In this document: positions 17,631-27,628 of the stretch, piece after piece
Layout of the letters: each line of letters starts with the position of its first letter
Position numbering within the stretch: the stretch's first letter is position 1
Assembly: GCA_029259655.1 (NCBI GenBank)
Contig: JAJDET010000264.1
Coordinates: 1 to 64,000, forward strand
Direction of reading: 5' to 3'
From: Planctomycetota bacterium
Lineage (GTDB): Bacteria; Planctomycetota; UBA1135; GCA-002686595
DNA length: 64,000 nucleotides
The notes under the pieces: generated by a model
The model's database searches: none
What the model was told of the DNA's origin: nothing
What the model saw: the letters and a program-made list of their open reading frames with translations, nothing else
Position numbers and translations under genes: made by a program

Positions 17631-19274
17631 TCAGCGGTTGCGCATGTCCGGCCGGTCTTCCCAGTCGGACGGTCTCCCCTCGCGCTGCTCCGCGACGATG
17701 GGGCCGGGCTTCGTGAACGCGAGCCGGAAGTTCTCCACGAGGTCGTGCTGGTTGTAGGCCTTCAATGCGATCTTCTCGAGCTCCTCGAGGTTCAGGACCA
17801 TCCACTCCGGCGCCTCCCCGCTCTCCACGTAGCGCCGGAACATCCCCCGGCCGATGGGATCGCCCTTGCGATACATGTCGATCATGTCGACGGCGAGCGG
17901 GAGCAGCCCCCACTTGTGGGCCGGCCGGTAGGAGGGCATGGGCGTGCGCGCGAGGAACGGATCCGTCAGACCGAGCGAGTTGACCATCCGTCGGTCGAAC
18001 TTCATGTACATGTCCACGCACCACCACTTGGTGTCCGCCTCGGCGACGGAGTATCCGACTCCGGACTCGCGCCAGGCGACCATCGCGTCGATGTTCGCGG
18101 TCTTGCTCCAGTATTCGTGCTGCAGCGGGGGCATGGCGCGGTGCGCAGCCGCGTCGTTGATCCCGGCGACCCTGCGGTGGTTCTCCTCGTGAGTGAACGG
18201 GTGCTTGTCGAGCTGCGCCGGATAAGCGCGCGCGAACAGGAGGAACAGGCTTATCCCGACCGGGAGCCCGGCCCAGCGCAGGCCGGGGGTCAGCCGGAGT
18301 GCGAGCCACTCGGGGACGCCTCCGAACGCGCAGGCGGCCAGACAGAACGGGAACGCCAGGTAGCGGTAGTGCCGCGGGTCACCGCCGATCGAGACGACGT
18401 AGGCCGTGATCACCGCGGCGAGCGCGACCATCACGAAGCGCTCCTCGAGCTTCAGCTCGGCGGCGCGCGACGATCGCAGGCGCAACCCGACCAGGAGCAA
18501 GAGGACGAGCGGCGCCATGACGTAGAAGTGATAGGTGGTGAGCGTCTCCTGGAGGTAGACGAGCCCCTGCTCCGTCATCAGCGTGCTCTTCAAGTAGAAG
18601 GTGTTCGGGAACGGATCGGCGTAGTAGCCCATCCTGAACACCTCCCAGAGGCCGGCAGTCAGCGCCGTGGAGACGAGAATCCAGCGCGGGAAGAAGCGCC
18701 GCCGTGCCCACGTCCAGAGGATCACCAGGATCAGGGGAAGCGCGAGCTCGGGTCGGACGAGCGGCGAGACACCCACCAGGAGCTGCCGGGTGCGCGACCT
18801 CGGCTCGAGGATGTAGAACGCGAAGATCACGCCGACGAGCTGGATCGCCGGCGTCTCCACGCCGGAGGTGAAGTACGTGTTCACGGCGTAGTTCGCCGCG
18901 AGGTAGAGGAGCGGCAGGTTCAGGAGGGACCGCCCCGGCGAGAGCTCGCGGTTGAGCCGAACGAGGACCCACCAGAAGAGCGCGAAGATCACGCAGCCCA
19001 CGCCCTGCACCATGAACCACCAGTCGAGGTGGAGCGCCCTGAGACCGAGCAGCATCAGCATCCATCCGGGACTACTGAAGCCCTCGACGTACTCCCCCTG
19101 GTTGTAGACCAGCCCGAGGTCGAGGAAGAGGAAGTTGTCGATGTAGCGGAAGTAGACGAACGCGTCGTCGAGCAGCCACCGATAGCGCAGCGTCAGCACG
19201 ATCCCGCCCACGAGGCACAGAAGCTCCAGGACGGTGGGCCGTCGTGAGCTGTCGGGGGCGGTAACCGTGTTCAC
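17631..19274 (-). CDS. polytopic membrane protein (possible glycosyl/acyl-transferase-like)
   Basis: 547-aa ORF with many TM helices. GTG start. Confidence 0.5.
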   Translation of the reverse strand: MNTVTAPDSSRRPTVLELLCLVGGIVLTLRYRWLLDDAFVYFRYIDNFLFLDLGLVYNQGEYVEGFSSPGWMLMLLGLRALHLDWWFMVQGVGCVIFALFWWVLVRLNRELSPGRSLLNLPLLYLAANYAVNTYFTSGVETPAIQLVGVIFAFYILEPRSRTRQLLVGVSPLVRPELALPLILVILWTWARRRFFPRWILVSTALTAGLWEVFRMGYYADPFPNTFYLKSTLMTEQGLVYLQETLTTYHFYVMAPLVLLLLVGLRLRSSRAAELKLEERFVMVALAAVITAYVVSIGGDPRHYRYLAFPFCLAACAFGGVPEWLALRLTPGLRWAGLPVGISLFLLFARAYPAQLDKHPFTHEENHRRVAGINDAAAHRAMPPLQHEYWSKTANIDAMVAWRESGVGYSVAEADTKWWCVDMYMKFDRRMVNSLGLTDPFLARTPMPSYRPAHKWGLLPLAVDMIDMYRKGDPIGRGMFRRYVESGEAPEWMVLNLEELEKIALKAYNQHDLVENFRLAFTKPGPIVAEQREGRPSDWEDRPDMRNR

Positions 19275-19365
19275 GGTGTTCGTCGATCGCGGGGGCAGTC
19301 AGCCGCGAGCGCGGGAATGATCCCCGAGCGGCCCGGAGCGCGCCAGACATTCCGCGCCTCCCCTC

Positions 19366-20958
19366 TCACGACTTGCGTCGTGGGCGCTCGATCCCCATCG
19401 CCTTCATCCGGGAGGCGAGCGTGTTCGGCTTCATGCCCAGGAGCTCCGATGCGCCGCCATCGCCGGAGACCTTCCAGTTCGAGCGCTCGAGCGCGGCGAC
19501 CGTGTTCGCCCGCACGAGCTCCGCGATCTCGGCCTCGGTGAGGACCTCGGACGCTTCGCCCCTCGCCTGTCCCGGTGTGGGCTTCACGCCGCCGACACCG
19601 ACGTCCAGGCGCAGGCGACCGTGTTCGGAAAGGATCACGGCGCGCTCGATCACGTTCTGGAGCTCGCGCACGTTGCCGGGCCAGTCGTAGGACTGGAGCC
19701 GCAAGAGGTCCCTCTTCCTCAAGGACGGTTTCGACGAGCTCGCAGCACTCGAGAGCTCGAGGAAGTGCGCGACGAGCGACGGGATGTCTTGCTTCCGATC
19801 GCGCAGGGCGGGGATCTCGACGGGCACGACGGTGAGTCGGTAGTAGAGGTCCTGTCGAAACCGGCCGGCGTCGACCTCGGACGACAGGTCGCGGTTCGTG
19901 GCCGCGATCACGCGCACGTCTACCTTCCGCTCGTGGTCCTCGCCGACGCGCGAGAACGCGCCCTCCTGCAGCACGCGCAACAGCTTGCCCTGCAGCTCGA
20001 TCGGAATCTCGCCGACCTCGTCGAGGAAGAGCGTCCCCTCGTGCGCGACCTGGAAGCGCCCGGCGCGCTCGCTCGCCGCGCCCGTGAAGGCTCCGGCGGT
20101 GTGGCCGAAGAACTCGCTCTCGCAGAGCTCGCGCGGGATCGATGCGCAGTTCACACGCACGATGGGCCCGTTGGCGCGCTGGCTGCGCTCGTGGATCGCG
20201 GACGCGACGAGCTCCTTCCCCGTACCCGACTCGCCCTCGATCAGGACGGTCGCGTCGGTCGGCGCCACGATCTCGACCTGGCGCAAGAGCTTCTGCATCG
20301 GGGGGCTCTCCCCGATGATTCCCTCGAACGCCTGCGTGACCTTGATCTCCTCGCGCAGGTAGTCGCGCTCGAGCTCGAGCTGATCTCGGAGGCACTCGAT
20401 CTCGTCGAAGGCACGGGCGTTCGCGATCGACACGGCGGCGTGGTCGGCGAAGACCCGCAGCCACTCGAACTCGCCTTCGTCGAGCTCCCGACGGCAGAAG
20501 ACACCCAGTACGCCCAGGATCTCCTGGCGGTAGACCAGGGGTTGACCTGCGAAGGCGCGCAGGCCCTCGCGCTCCGCCCACTCGGGATCGCGCAGCCACG
20601 GGCTCTCTCCGTTGCCGATCGGGAGCAGCTCCGCAACGCCGGTGGCCCCGATGCGTCCCACCTTCCGCTTGTTGAGCGGAAAGCGGCGGAACAAGCCGTC
20701 GAGATTGTCCCAGGCCTGGTGGTCGCCCGCGCTCGACGTGCCGCGACTCGCAGCGAGGTGGAGGCACTGTGTCCGGTCGGAACACTCCGCGCTCAGGTAG
20801 CACTCGTCGCACAGGTCGCCGGGCCCGATCAGCCAGATGCGCGCGAGCGCGACCGCGTCCTCGCTCGCCAGACCCTCCACGACCTTCGCGAGCACGTTCT
20901 CGACCGAGCAGGCCTCGGCGACGTGCAGCGAGATACGGCGGAGGGACCCGACGTCCAT
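19366..20958 (-). CDS. sigma-54-dependent transcriptional activator (GAF sensor + AAA+ + Fis-type HTH)
   Basis: GESGTGKE Walker A, GAFTGA, ESELFGH, Walker B LFLDEVGE, and C-terminal HTH. Confidence 0.9.
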   Translation of the reverse strand: MDVGSLRRISLHVAEACSVENVLAKVVEGLASEDAVALARIWLIGPGDLCDECYLSAECSDRTQCLHLAASRGTSSAGDHQAWDNLDGLFRRFPLNKRKVGRIGATGVAELLPIGNGESPWLRDPEWAEREGLRAFAGQPLVYRQEILGVLGVFCRRELDEGEFEWLRVFADHAAVSIANARAFDEIECLRDQLELERDYLREEIKVTQAFEGIIGESPPMQKLLRQVEIVAPTDATVLIEGESGTGKELVASAIHERSQRANGPIVRVNCASIPRELCESEFFGHTAGAFTGAASERAGRFQVAHEGTLFLDEVGEIPIELQGKLLRVLQEGAFSRVGEDHERKVDVRVIAATNRDLSSEVDAGRFRQDLYYRLTVVPVEIPALRDRKQDIPSLVAHFLELSSAASSSKPSLRKRDLLRLQSYDWPGNVRELQNVIERAVILSEHGRLRLDVGVGGVKPTPGQARGEASEVLTEAEIAELVRANTVAALERSNWKVSGDGGASELLGMKPNTLASRMKAMGIERPRRKS

Positions 20959-20972
20959 CGACGGAGCCTAAT

Positions 20973-21020
20973 GAGATCTCGTGGAAGGAATTCCGAGATC
21001 TCGGCAATAGCGAGATCTCG
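20973..21020. promoter_or_regulatory. three copies of the palindrome (C)GAGATCTCG: putative upstream activator sites
   Basis: GAGATCTCG at 20973-20981, 20995-21003 and 21012-21020, 70-115 bp upstream of the -24/-12 promoter. Confidence 0.55.
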
Positions 21021-21086
21021 GGGCGTCGCAGCGCTACCAGCAATGGGCTCAACCGTCTGCTTTGCAACGACTTGTGCTCGGTGCGT

Positions 21087-21102
21087 GCCCGATGGCACGG
21101 GC
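21087..21102 (+). promoter_or_regulatory. sigma-54 promoter TGGCAC-N5-GTGCA (GG-N10-GC spacing)
   Basis: TGGCACGGGCGGTGCA at 21087-21102, 47 nt upstream of the PNPOx ATG. Confidence 0.55.
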
Positions 21103-21148
21103 GGTGCACTCTCCGCTCCTCATGGCACACCCGTCCGAGACCGGAAGC

Positions 21149-21751
21149 ATGACACGCAAGTACCCCGCGCTCACCTTCACCGACTCGGTCAAGGCGACCC
21201 AGGAGCACTACGGGGTCCGCGCCAAGGCCGCCAAGGTCGAGCACTGGGCCATGGACGACGAGCTCCTGTCCCCGCGGGAGGCGAGCTTCATCGGTCGACG
21301 CGACGGTTTCTACATGGCGACCGTCAACGAGGACGGCTGGCCCTACCTGCAGTTCCGCGGCGGCCCGAAGGGGTTCCTGAAGGTGCTCGACGAGCGGACG
21401 CTCGGATACGCCGACTTCCGCGGGAACCTCCAGTACATCAGCACGGGAAACCTCCGGAAGGACGACCGCGTGTCGCTGTTCTTCATGGACTACGCGAACC
21501 GGGCGCGCCTCAAGCTGCTCGCCAGGACGGAGGTCTTCGATGCCGCCGATCGGCCCGATCTCGTCGATCGTCTCGAGGACCCGGAGTACGGCGCCCGCGT
21601 CGAGCGCGCCGTCCTGTTCCACGTCGTCGCCTTCGACTGGAACTGCCCCCAGCACATCACACCGCGCTTCACCGAAGAAGAGCTCCGCGAGCGGGACCAG
21701 CTCATCGTGAAGCGCACCGAACACCAATCGACTCCAGAATCCAGGCCCTGA
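21149..21751 (+). CDS. pyridoxamine 5'-phosphate oxidase-family (FMN-binding split-barrel) protein
   Basis: Translation [47 protein letters not shown] fits the PNPOx-like fold. Confidence 0.7.
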   Translation: MTRKYPALTFTDSVKATQEHYGVRAKAAKVEHWAMDDELLSPREASFIGRRDGFYMATVNEDGWPYLQFRGGPKGFLKVLDERTLGYADFRGNLQYISTGNLRKDDRVSLFFMDYANRARLKLLARTEVFDAADRPDLVDRLEDPEYGARVERAVLFHVVAFDWNCPQHITPRFTEEELRERDQLIVKRTEHQSTPESRP

Positions 21752-21764
21752 AAGGAACGCGACC

Positions 21765-22721
21765 ATGTACTCCCAACGAACCGCTCGCTTCGCCCTTCCG
21801 ATGGTCCTCGCGACCGCACTCGCACTGCCTTCACAGGCGCAGGACCTCGCGTCCGACGCCGTCCGCTACGGAACGGAAACGGTCGAGGGTGTCCAGCTCT
21901 TCTTCCGTGAGGCCGGCACGCCCGGTGCTCCGCAGATCGTCCTGCTCCACGGGTTTCCGACGTCCTCGCACATGTTTCGCAACCTGATCCCCGAGCTCGC
22001 TTCCGACTTCCACGTCATCGCTCCCGACTACCCGGGCTACGGGCTGAGCGCGATGCCGGCTGCAGGCGAGTTCGAGTACAGCTTCGAGAACATCGCCTCG
22101 CTGGTGAATCAACTGCTCGAGCGGCGGGGTTTCGAGAGCTACGCGATCTACCTCATGGACTACGGCGCTCCGATCGGATTCCGGATCGCGGAAGCGCACC
22201 CCGAGCGCGTCACCGGCCTGATCGTGCAGAACGGCAACGCCTACGAGGAGGGGTTGCGCGAGTTCTGGGACCCGATCAAGCGGTTCTGGAAGAGCGGGTC
22301 GGAGGAGCACGGGAACGAGCTTCGCGGGCTGCTGAGCCTGGGAGCCACGAAGTGGCAGTACCAGCACGGCACGCGTCGCCCCGAGACGATCAGCCCCGAC
22401 AACTGGCTCGTCGATCAGCCGCTCCTGGACCGCCCCGGCAACCAGGAGATCCAGCTCGCGATGTTCTACGACTACCGCACGAACGTCCCGCTCTACCCGC
22501 GCTGGCAACAGTACTTCCGCGATCACCAGCCGCCGACGCTGATCGTCTGGGGTCAGAACGACCCGATCTTCCCCTCCGAGGGTGCGCACCCCTACCTGCG
22601 TGACCTGCCCGATGCGGAGCTCCACCTGCTGGACACGGGACACTTCGCGCTCGAGGAAGAAGGTCCGCGCATCGCCTCGCTCATGCGGCGTTTCCTGCTG
22701 TCGGCGACGAGCCAGAACTGA
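21765..22721 (+). CDS. secreted alpha/beta hydrolase (epoxide-hydrolase/haloalkane-dehalogenase-like)
   Basis: Signal peptide, then [10 protein letters not shown] oxyanion-hole motif. Confidence 0.75.
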   Translation: MYSQRTARFALPMVLATALALPSQAQDLASDAVRYGTETVEGVQLFFREAGTPGAPQIVLLHGFPTSSHMFRNLIPELASDFHVIAPDYPGYGLSAMPAAGEFEYSFENIASLVNQLLERRGFESYAIYLMDYGAPIGFRIAEAHPERVTGLIVQNGNAYEEGLREFWDPIKRFWKSGSEEHGNELRGLLSLGATKWQYQHGTRRPETISPDNWLVDQPLLDRPGNQEIQLAMFYDYRTNVPLYPRWQQYFRDHQPPTLIVWGQNDPIFPSEGAHPYLRDLPDAELHLLDTGHFALEEEGPRIASLMRRFLLSATSQN

Positions 22722-22792
22722 ACGCCTGGGCAGGGGCGCGCTCCCTCCGCACCCCTGCCTTCGTCTCTGCCCCGCGCGAGAAAGGTGCAGTC

Positions 22793-23734
22793 ATGAACAA
22801 GGTCCGAAGAGCTCATGTGGCGATGGTCGCGTCGACCCTCCTGGTCGCCACGTCCTTCCCGGTCGTTGCCTCGATCGCGGGAGCCATGGACAGCGTGGTG
22901 CTCACCGCTCTTCGGTTCGCTCTGGCGGCGCTGATCTTCCTGCCGCTCGTTGCGTTGCGCCATCGACTCGAGGTGCTCCCGACCTGGCGCGCGCTGATCC
23001 GCTACGCCGTCCTGAGCGCTCCTCTGATCGGGTTCTTCTTCGCCATGTTCGAGGCCCTTCGAACGACGACAGCCGTGAACACCGGCGCCCTGTTCACCTT
23101 CGCGCCGGGCTTCGCCGCGCTCTTCGCGCTCCTTTTCCTGGGAGAGCACCAGGGCGGCCGGCGCCTCCTCGCCCTGGTCGCCGGCATGCTCGGCGCGGTG
23201 TGGGTCGTGTTCCGCGGCGGGCTCGAGAGCTTGGTGGAGCTGGACCTGGCCCCGGGAGACGGTCTCTTCCTCGCCGGAACGGCATCCCTCGGGCTCTACA
23301 CCGTGCTGGTCAAGCGCCTGCATCGCGGCGAACCCATGGCGGTGATGACGTTCTGGACGCTCGTCACCGGGACGGGATGGCTCCTCGTGTTGGGCTGGGA
23401 CGAGCTCTTGCTCGTGCGCGCGAGTGAGCTCGACCTACGAGTGCTCGGTGCGATCTCCTACCTCGCGGTCTTCACCACGCTCACCACGTTCCTGCTCGCC
23501 CAGCGGGCCACCATGGTGATCGGGCCGACGCGGACGATGGCCTACACGTACCTGAACCCCGCGCTCGTCGTGCTCCTCACATGGGTGCTCGGGGGCACGG
23601 CCATCGGCTGGATGTCGCTTCCGGGCATCGCTCTGACGCTCGTGTCGATGGTCGAGCTCCAGCGACGCGAACCACCGCCGGCGGTACCGGCCACGCTACC
23701 CTGTTCGATCCCCGCCACCTCCTCGACGCCTTGA
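22793..23734 (+). CDS. EamA/DMT-superfamily transporter
   Basis: About 10 TM helices in two duplicated halves. Confidence 0.7.
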   Translation: MNKVRRAHVAMVASTLLVATSFPVVASIAGAMDSVVLTALRFALAALIFLPLVALRHRLEVLPTWRALIRYAVLSAPLIGFFFAMFEALRTTTAVNTGALFTFAPGFAALFALLFLGEHQGGRRLLALVAGMLGAVWVVFRGGLESLVELDLAPGDGLFLAGTASLGLYTVLVKRLHRGEPMAVMTFWTLVTGTGWLLVLGWDELLLVRASELDLRVLGAISYLAVFTTLTTFLLAQRATMVIGPTRTMAYTYLNPALVVLLTWVLGGTAIGWMSLPGIALTLVSMVELQRREPPPAVPATLPCSIPATSSTP

Positions 23735-23745
23735 CCCAACACTCC

Positions 23746-24354
23746 ATGGACATCTTCGAAGCCATTGCATCTCGCCGCGCCGTCAAGCACTTCGACCCGA
23801 ACCACCGCATGGACGAAGCGGAGACCACGCGGCTGATCGAGACCGCGATGCAGTCGCCGACTTCCTTCAACATCCAGCACTGGCGCTTCGTCGTCGTTCG
23901 GGATCCCGAGCTGCGCAAGGAGATCCGTGCGGTCGGCAACGATCAGGCGCAGATGACGGACGCTTCGCTACTGATCGTGATGACGGCGGACGTCATGGCA
24001 TGGAAGAAGGAGCCGCAGCGTTACTGGCGGAACGCCCCTGAAGCCGTCGCCGAGCTGCTCGTGAACTGGATGGGTCCCTTTCACGAGGGAAAACCCGAGC
24101 TGCAGCGCGACGAGGCTCAGCGCTCGATCGGCATCGCGATGCAGACGATCATGCTCGCAGCCCAGGGTATGGGTTACGACTCGTGCCCGATGATCGGCTT
24201 CGACAGCGATGCCGTGGCGAAGCTCATCCGGCTGCCCGAAGGCCACTGCATGGGTCCCATGGTCGCCGTGGGGAAGCGGACGAAGGACCCGTGGCCCAAG
24301 CCGGGGCAGCTCCCCATCTCCGAGGTCATGCTCACCGACAGGTTCCCGGCCTGA
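23746..24354 (+). CDS. nitroreductase-family protein
   Basis: MDIFEAIASRRAVKHFDPNH...SFNIQHWRFVVV is a typical NADH/nitroreductase N-terminus. Confidence 0.8.
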   Translation: MDIFEAIASRRAVKHFDPNHRMDEAETTRLIETAMQSPTSFNIQHWRFVVVRDPELRKEIRAVGNDQAQMTDASLLIVMTADVMAWKKEPQRYWRNAPEAVAELLVNWMGPFHEGKPELQRDEAQRSIGIAMQTIMLAAQGMGYDSCPMIGFDSDAVAKLIRLPEGHCMGPMVAVGKRTKDPWPKPGQLPISEVMLTDRFPA

Positions 24355-24360
24355 CGGGGT

Positions 24361-24960
24361 CTACTGTGACGGCTCCGTGGCGCGCGCGCTCTCGCGCTCG
24401 GCGAGGCGCGCCCACCAGGCCGCGACGTTCGGCGGGAGGTCGACGTCGAGCAGTGCGTGGAAGTGGAGGAACGGCAGGTAGGCGAGGTCGGCCCAGGTGA
24501 AACGGTCGGCGACGAGGTAGTCCTTCCCCTCGAGCTCGCGCTCGAGGATCGGGTAGTGGCAAGCGATCGCCTCCCGCGCGGCTGCCATCCGTTCGAGGTC
24601 CCAGCTCTCCTTCGGCTCGAGACGCCTCGGCCGCTGGATCCGGATGGCGTGGGGCGTGTACTCGAGGTCGCACAGCTTGACGTACATCACGACGCGCGCG
24701 CGGTCCGCGGGATCGTGGGGCACGAGAGGCGGCTCGGGAAACCGGGCTTCGAGATACTCGAGGATGGCGGTCGACTCGTAGAGAACGACCTGTCCGTCGA
24801 CGAGGGTCGGGATGCGGCCGTAGGGGTTGAGGGACCGGTACTCGGGTGTCTTCCGAGCGGCCGCATCGGTCTCCACCTCCTCGACGGTCACCCCCTTCTC
24901 GCGGAGCGCAATGCGAGCGCGGCGCGAGAAGGTGGAGTTGACCGCCGAGTAGAGCTTCAA
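24361..24960 (-). CDS. glutathione S-transferase
   Basis: MKLYSAVNSTFSRRARIALREKGV...LNPYGRIPTLVDG...LYESTAILEYL is the GST N-terminal thioredoxin-like domain. Confidence 0.85.
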   Translation of the reverse strand: MKLYSAVNSTFSRRARIALREKGVTVEEVETDAAARKTPEYRSLNPYGRIPTLVDGQVVLYESTAILEYLEARFPEPPLVPHDPADRARVVMYVKLCDLEYTPHAIRIQRPRRLEPKESWDLERMAAAREAIACHYPILERELEGKDYLVADRFTWADLAYLPFLHFHALLDVDLPPNVAAWWARLAERESARATEPSQ

Positions 24961-24966
24961 CGGCTC

Positions 24967-27432
24967 CTAGAACGGCACGATGTGGACGCTGTTCGTGAGG
25001 AAGGTCTCGCTCGACCCGAACACCAGCGACTGGAGGTAGAGGTCGAGGTTGGTCCAGAACGGATCGGTGGGGACGGTGGCCGTTCGCACGGCGAGGCGCG
25101 ACGCCGGGACGAATCCCTTGAACAGGAGGTAGTAGTTCGCGGGGTCCAGCAGGAAGTTCCCGGTCACGTTCGTGATCGGGATGTTGCCCGTCCCCGTGCT
25201 GAAGTAGTGGAGGAAGAAGTCGCCCTGCTGTCCCGAGAGGTTCAGCGTCAGCGAGGTCCCCTGCTCCTCCGACCCGTAGACGTTGAAGCGCGGGCGGTCG
25301 TCGTAGATCTCCACGACGACGTCGTCGACGGCGGCCTCGACCAGCGAGCCCGTCCCGGTGTCGGACGCGATGAAACGCAGCAGCATGTCCGCGGTCGGCG
25401 TCAGGAAGTCGTTCACGCGGAACTCGTGATGCGTCCACGCGCTGTCGGACACCGTCTCGGTCTCGAGCGTCGTCCAGTTCTGACCGGCATCGTTCGAGAT
25501 CTCGGCCACGAAGACGTCGTCGACGAAGGAGAGGTCGGCCCACCAGCGCCAGTAGCTGACGTACGCGACCGTCGCACCCGACAGGTCGAAGGGAGGCGAG
25601 AAGAGGGTCGTCGCCCCGCCGTCGACGTCATCGTTGCCCGCCGCGCCGCGACCGTTCCCGGTCACGAAGCACATGCTCGACGCACCCGCCGTGTGGTCGT
25701 CCTCGGGGTTCAGATCCTCGCCGCTGAAAGTCGTCCCCGTCGGGTCCGCACGCGTCCAGATTCCGGTCGTCGCCGTGTCACCCGTGTCGCCGACGCTCCA
25801 GCCGTGGTCCGCCTCGACGTTGTCGATGGCGAATGCGAAGCGTTCGCCCGTGATCACCTGAAAGTCACCGATGACGGTCGTCCCCTCGTAGTCCAGTTCG
25901 ACCTGGAACGGGATGACCGTCCCCGGAGCCGGGTTCCCGAGGATCGTCAGCGTGAAGGGCGTCGCCGCGTTCGTCGTGTCGCTGAAACCGGTGACGGCCC
26001 CGAAGTCGAACGTGGGCGCAGATGCCGCAGCATCGGGGCTGGTCGTCGTGACGCGCCCGATGACGTTCGTCCCCGGCGTCCCCCACCCGCTGTTTCGTGC
26101 CGTGACGACGACATCGATCGTCTCGCCGGGCTCGAAGAAGCCGTCTCCGTCCCCAGCGGGATCGCTCGTCTGGACGTCGCTCGCGCGCATGTACGCGCCC
26201 GCGGCGAGGGCCGTGCGGGCGAACGCCATCTGGTTCTCCATGGCGAGCGGGATGATGCGCGACGTGGCCGGCCAGAAGCCGTCGGTGTCGTTGCCGATCT
26301 CCGGCGTCCAGGCCATCGAGCCGTGGACTCCCTCGTCGTAGTCGTCAGTGACGCCGTTGGCCGGATAGAGCACCGTCCCGGGAACGTGCGCGTACTGGTT
26401 GAACTCGACGGCGAGGTCTCCGACCTCGATGTAGTCCGCGACGTTCGCGGGATCGAAGACGTCGTAGCCGTACGGACGGAGCCAGAGGTTCCCGTGGCAG
26501 TGGACCGTCAGCACGGTCACGAACGAGTGCGCCGCCATGAAGGTCTGCATCGCTGCCACCTCGCGCTCGCTCGCCGCCGCCGGACCTCGATACGTCTCAC
26601 TGTTCGCCGAACCGCTCGATCCGATGTTGTCGTAGCCCCACTGGAAGTCGTAGTTCCGGTTGAGGTCGACGCCGAAGATGCCGCCGCCGTTGTTGCGCCG
26701 GTTCTTGCGCCACAGACCCCCGCCGCCGGGGGCGATCGTCTCGTTGTAGACGTAGCCGTCCGGGTTCACGACGGGGACGAACCACTGCTCACGCTCGTCG
26801 ACGAGGTACGCGGCGAGGGGATCGGTAGCGTACTCCTCGGTGAGGAAGAGCACGTACCAGATGAGCGCGTGCATGCTCATCGGTTCGCGAGCGTGGTGCA
26901 TGGCGTCCATGCGGACCTCGGGCTCTCCCTCGCTCACACCAGGGTTGTCGGAAACCCTGAACGCCCACAGGTCCCGCCCCTGGAGGGTCGTCCCGAGGCT
27001 CTGGGGAACCGAGACGAGCGAGGGGTAGGCGGCCTGGATCTGGTTGATGACCGAGACCATCTCGCTGTAGGTGTAGTAGCCGCCCATCGACCCTGACCCG
27101 AAGGCCGGAGTCAGCCACTGTCCGAGCGTCGTCGCGCCGACCTGCGGCCCCGGATCCGCCGCGATCCGATCGGCGTAGAAGGACTGCAGGTCCTCGATCT
27201 CCACGCTGTAGGGCACGCCGAGCGCGTCGAGTCGGTCGAGGTCGTCCGCGTACGCGACGACGCGCGCCTCACGACCGTTGGGTGCGACCGAGATCATGTC
27301 GAGGTCGAGGGGCGCCAGCTCGAGGAGCGCTTTCCGACTCTCGAGCTCGATGCGGATCTGGCGTCCGCCGTCGGCGGGAGCCTGGACCTGGACAGGAAGG
27401 GGGATGAGGAGGAGGGCGGTGAGGGAGAGCAT
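24967..27432 (-). CDS. secreted M14-family zinc carboxypeptidase with a large C-terminal beta-rich extension
   Basis: Signal peptide, HHAREP (HxxE zinc ligands), carboxypeptidase-A-like core, then ~450 aa of Thr/Gly-rich domains. Confidence 0.75.
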   Translation of the reverse strand: MLSLTALLLIPLPVQVQAPADGGRQIRIELESRKALLELAPLDLDMISVAPNGREARVVAYADDLDRLDALGVPYSVEIEDLQSFYADRIAADPGPQVGATTLGQWLTPAFGSGSMGGYYTYSEMVSVINQIQAAYPSLVSVPQSLGTTLQGRDLWAFRVSDNPGVSEGEPEVRMDAMHHAREPMSMHALIWYVLFLTEEYATDPLAAYLVDEREQWFVPVVNPDGYVYNETIAPGGGGLWRKNRRNNGGGIFGVDLNRNYDFQWGYDNIGSSGSANSETYRGPAAASEREVAAMQTFMAAHSFVTVLTVHCHGNLWLRPYGYDVFDPANVADYIEVGDLAVEFNQYAHVPGTVLYPANGVTDDYDEGVHGSMAWTPEIGNDTDGFWPATSRIIPLAMENQMAFARTALAAGAYMRASDVQTSDPAGDGDGFFEPGETIDVVVTARNSGWGTPGTNVIGRVTTTSPDAAASAPTFDFGAVTGFSDTTNAATPFTLTILGNPAPGTVIPFQVELDYEGTTVIGDFQVITGERFAFAIDNVEADHGWSVGDTGDTATTGIWTRADPTGTTFSGEDLNPEDDHTAGASSMCFVTGNGRGAAGNDDVDGGATTLFSPPFDLSGATVAYVSYWRWWADLSFVDDVFVAEISNDAGQNWTTLETETVSDSAWTHHEFRVNDFLTPTADMLLRFIASDTGTGSLVEAAVDDVVVEIYDDRPRFNVYGSEEQGTSLTLNLSGQQGDFFLHYFSTGTGNIPITNVTGNFLLDPANYYLLFKGFVPASRLAVRTATVPTDPFWTNLDLYLQSLVFGSSETFLTNSVHIVPF

Positions 27433-27628
27433 TCGCGGGGCCTCGGGGAGGGGGTGAGGGCGAGGGTGGAGGGGCGAGGACGGTCTCCGGCGGCCGGAAG
27501 TGCCCCCATTCTATGGGAACTGTCCTGAGGGCGGCCTGGAGCCTGCGCACATATGGAATGGAGCGGCCCCGTCCCGTCCCTATCATCTGCACCCCCCTCG
27601 ACCGGCAACCGCTGCCAGGAGCCCCCCC

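Noticed and set aside
16300-21987. ORFs 16300-17757(+), 16359-17138(-), 16400-17572(-), 17745-19247(+), 19271-21766(-), 19621-21987(+)
   Set aside because: They overlap the SGNH hydrolase, the membrane protein and the sigma-54 activator genes, which have clear motifs. Their translations are RG/RP-rich nonsense.
24332-27096. ORFs 24332-25543(-), 24457-27096(+)
   Set aside because: Out-of-frame overlaps of the GST and M14 carboxypeptidase genes.
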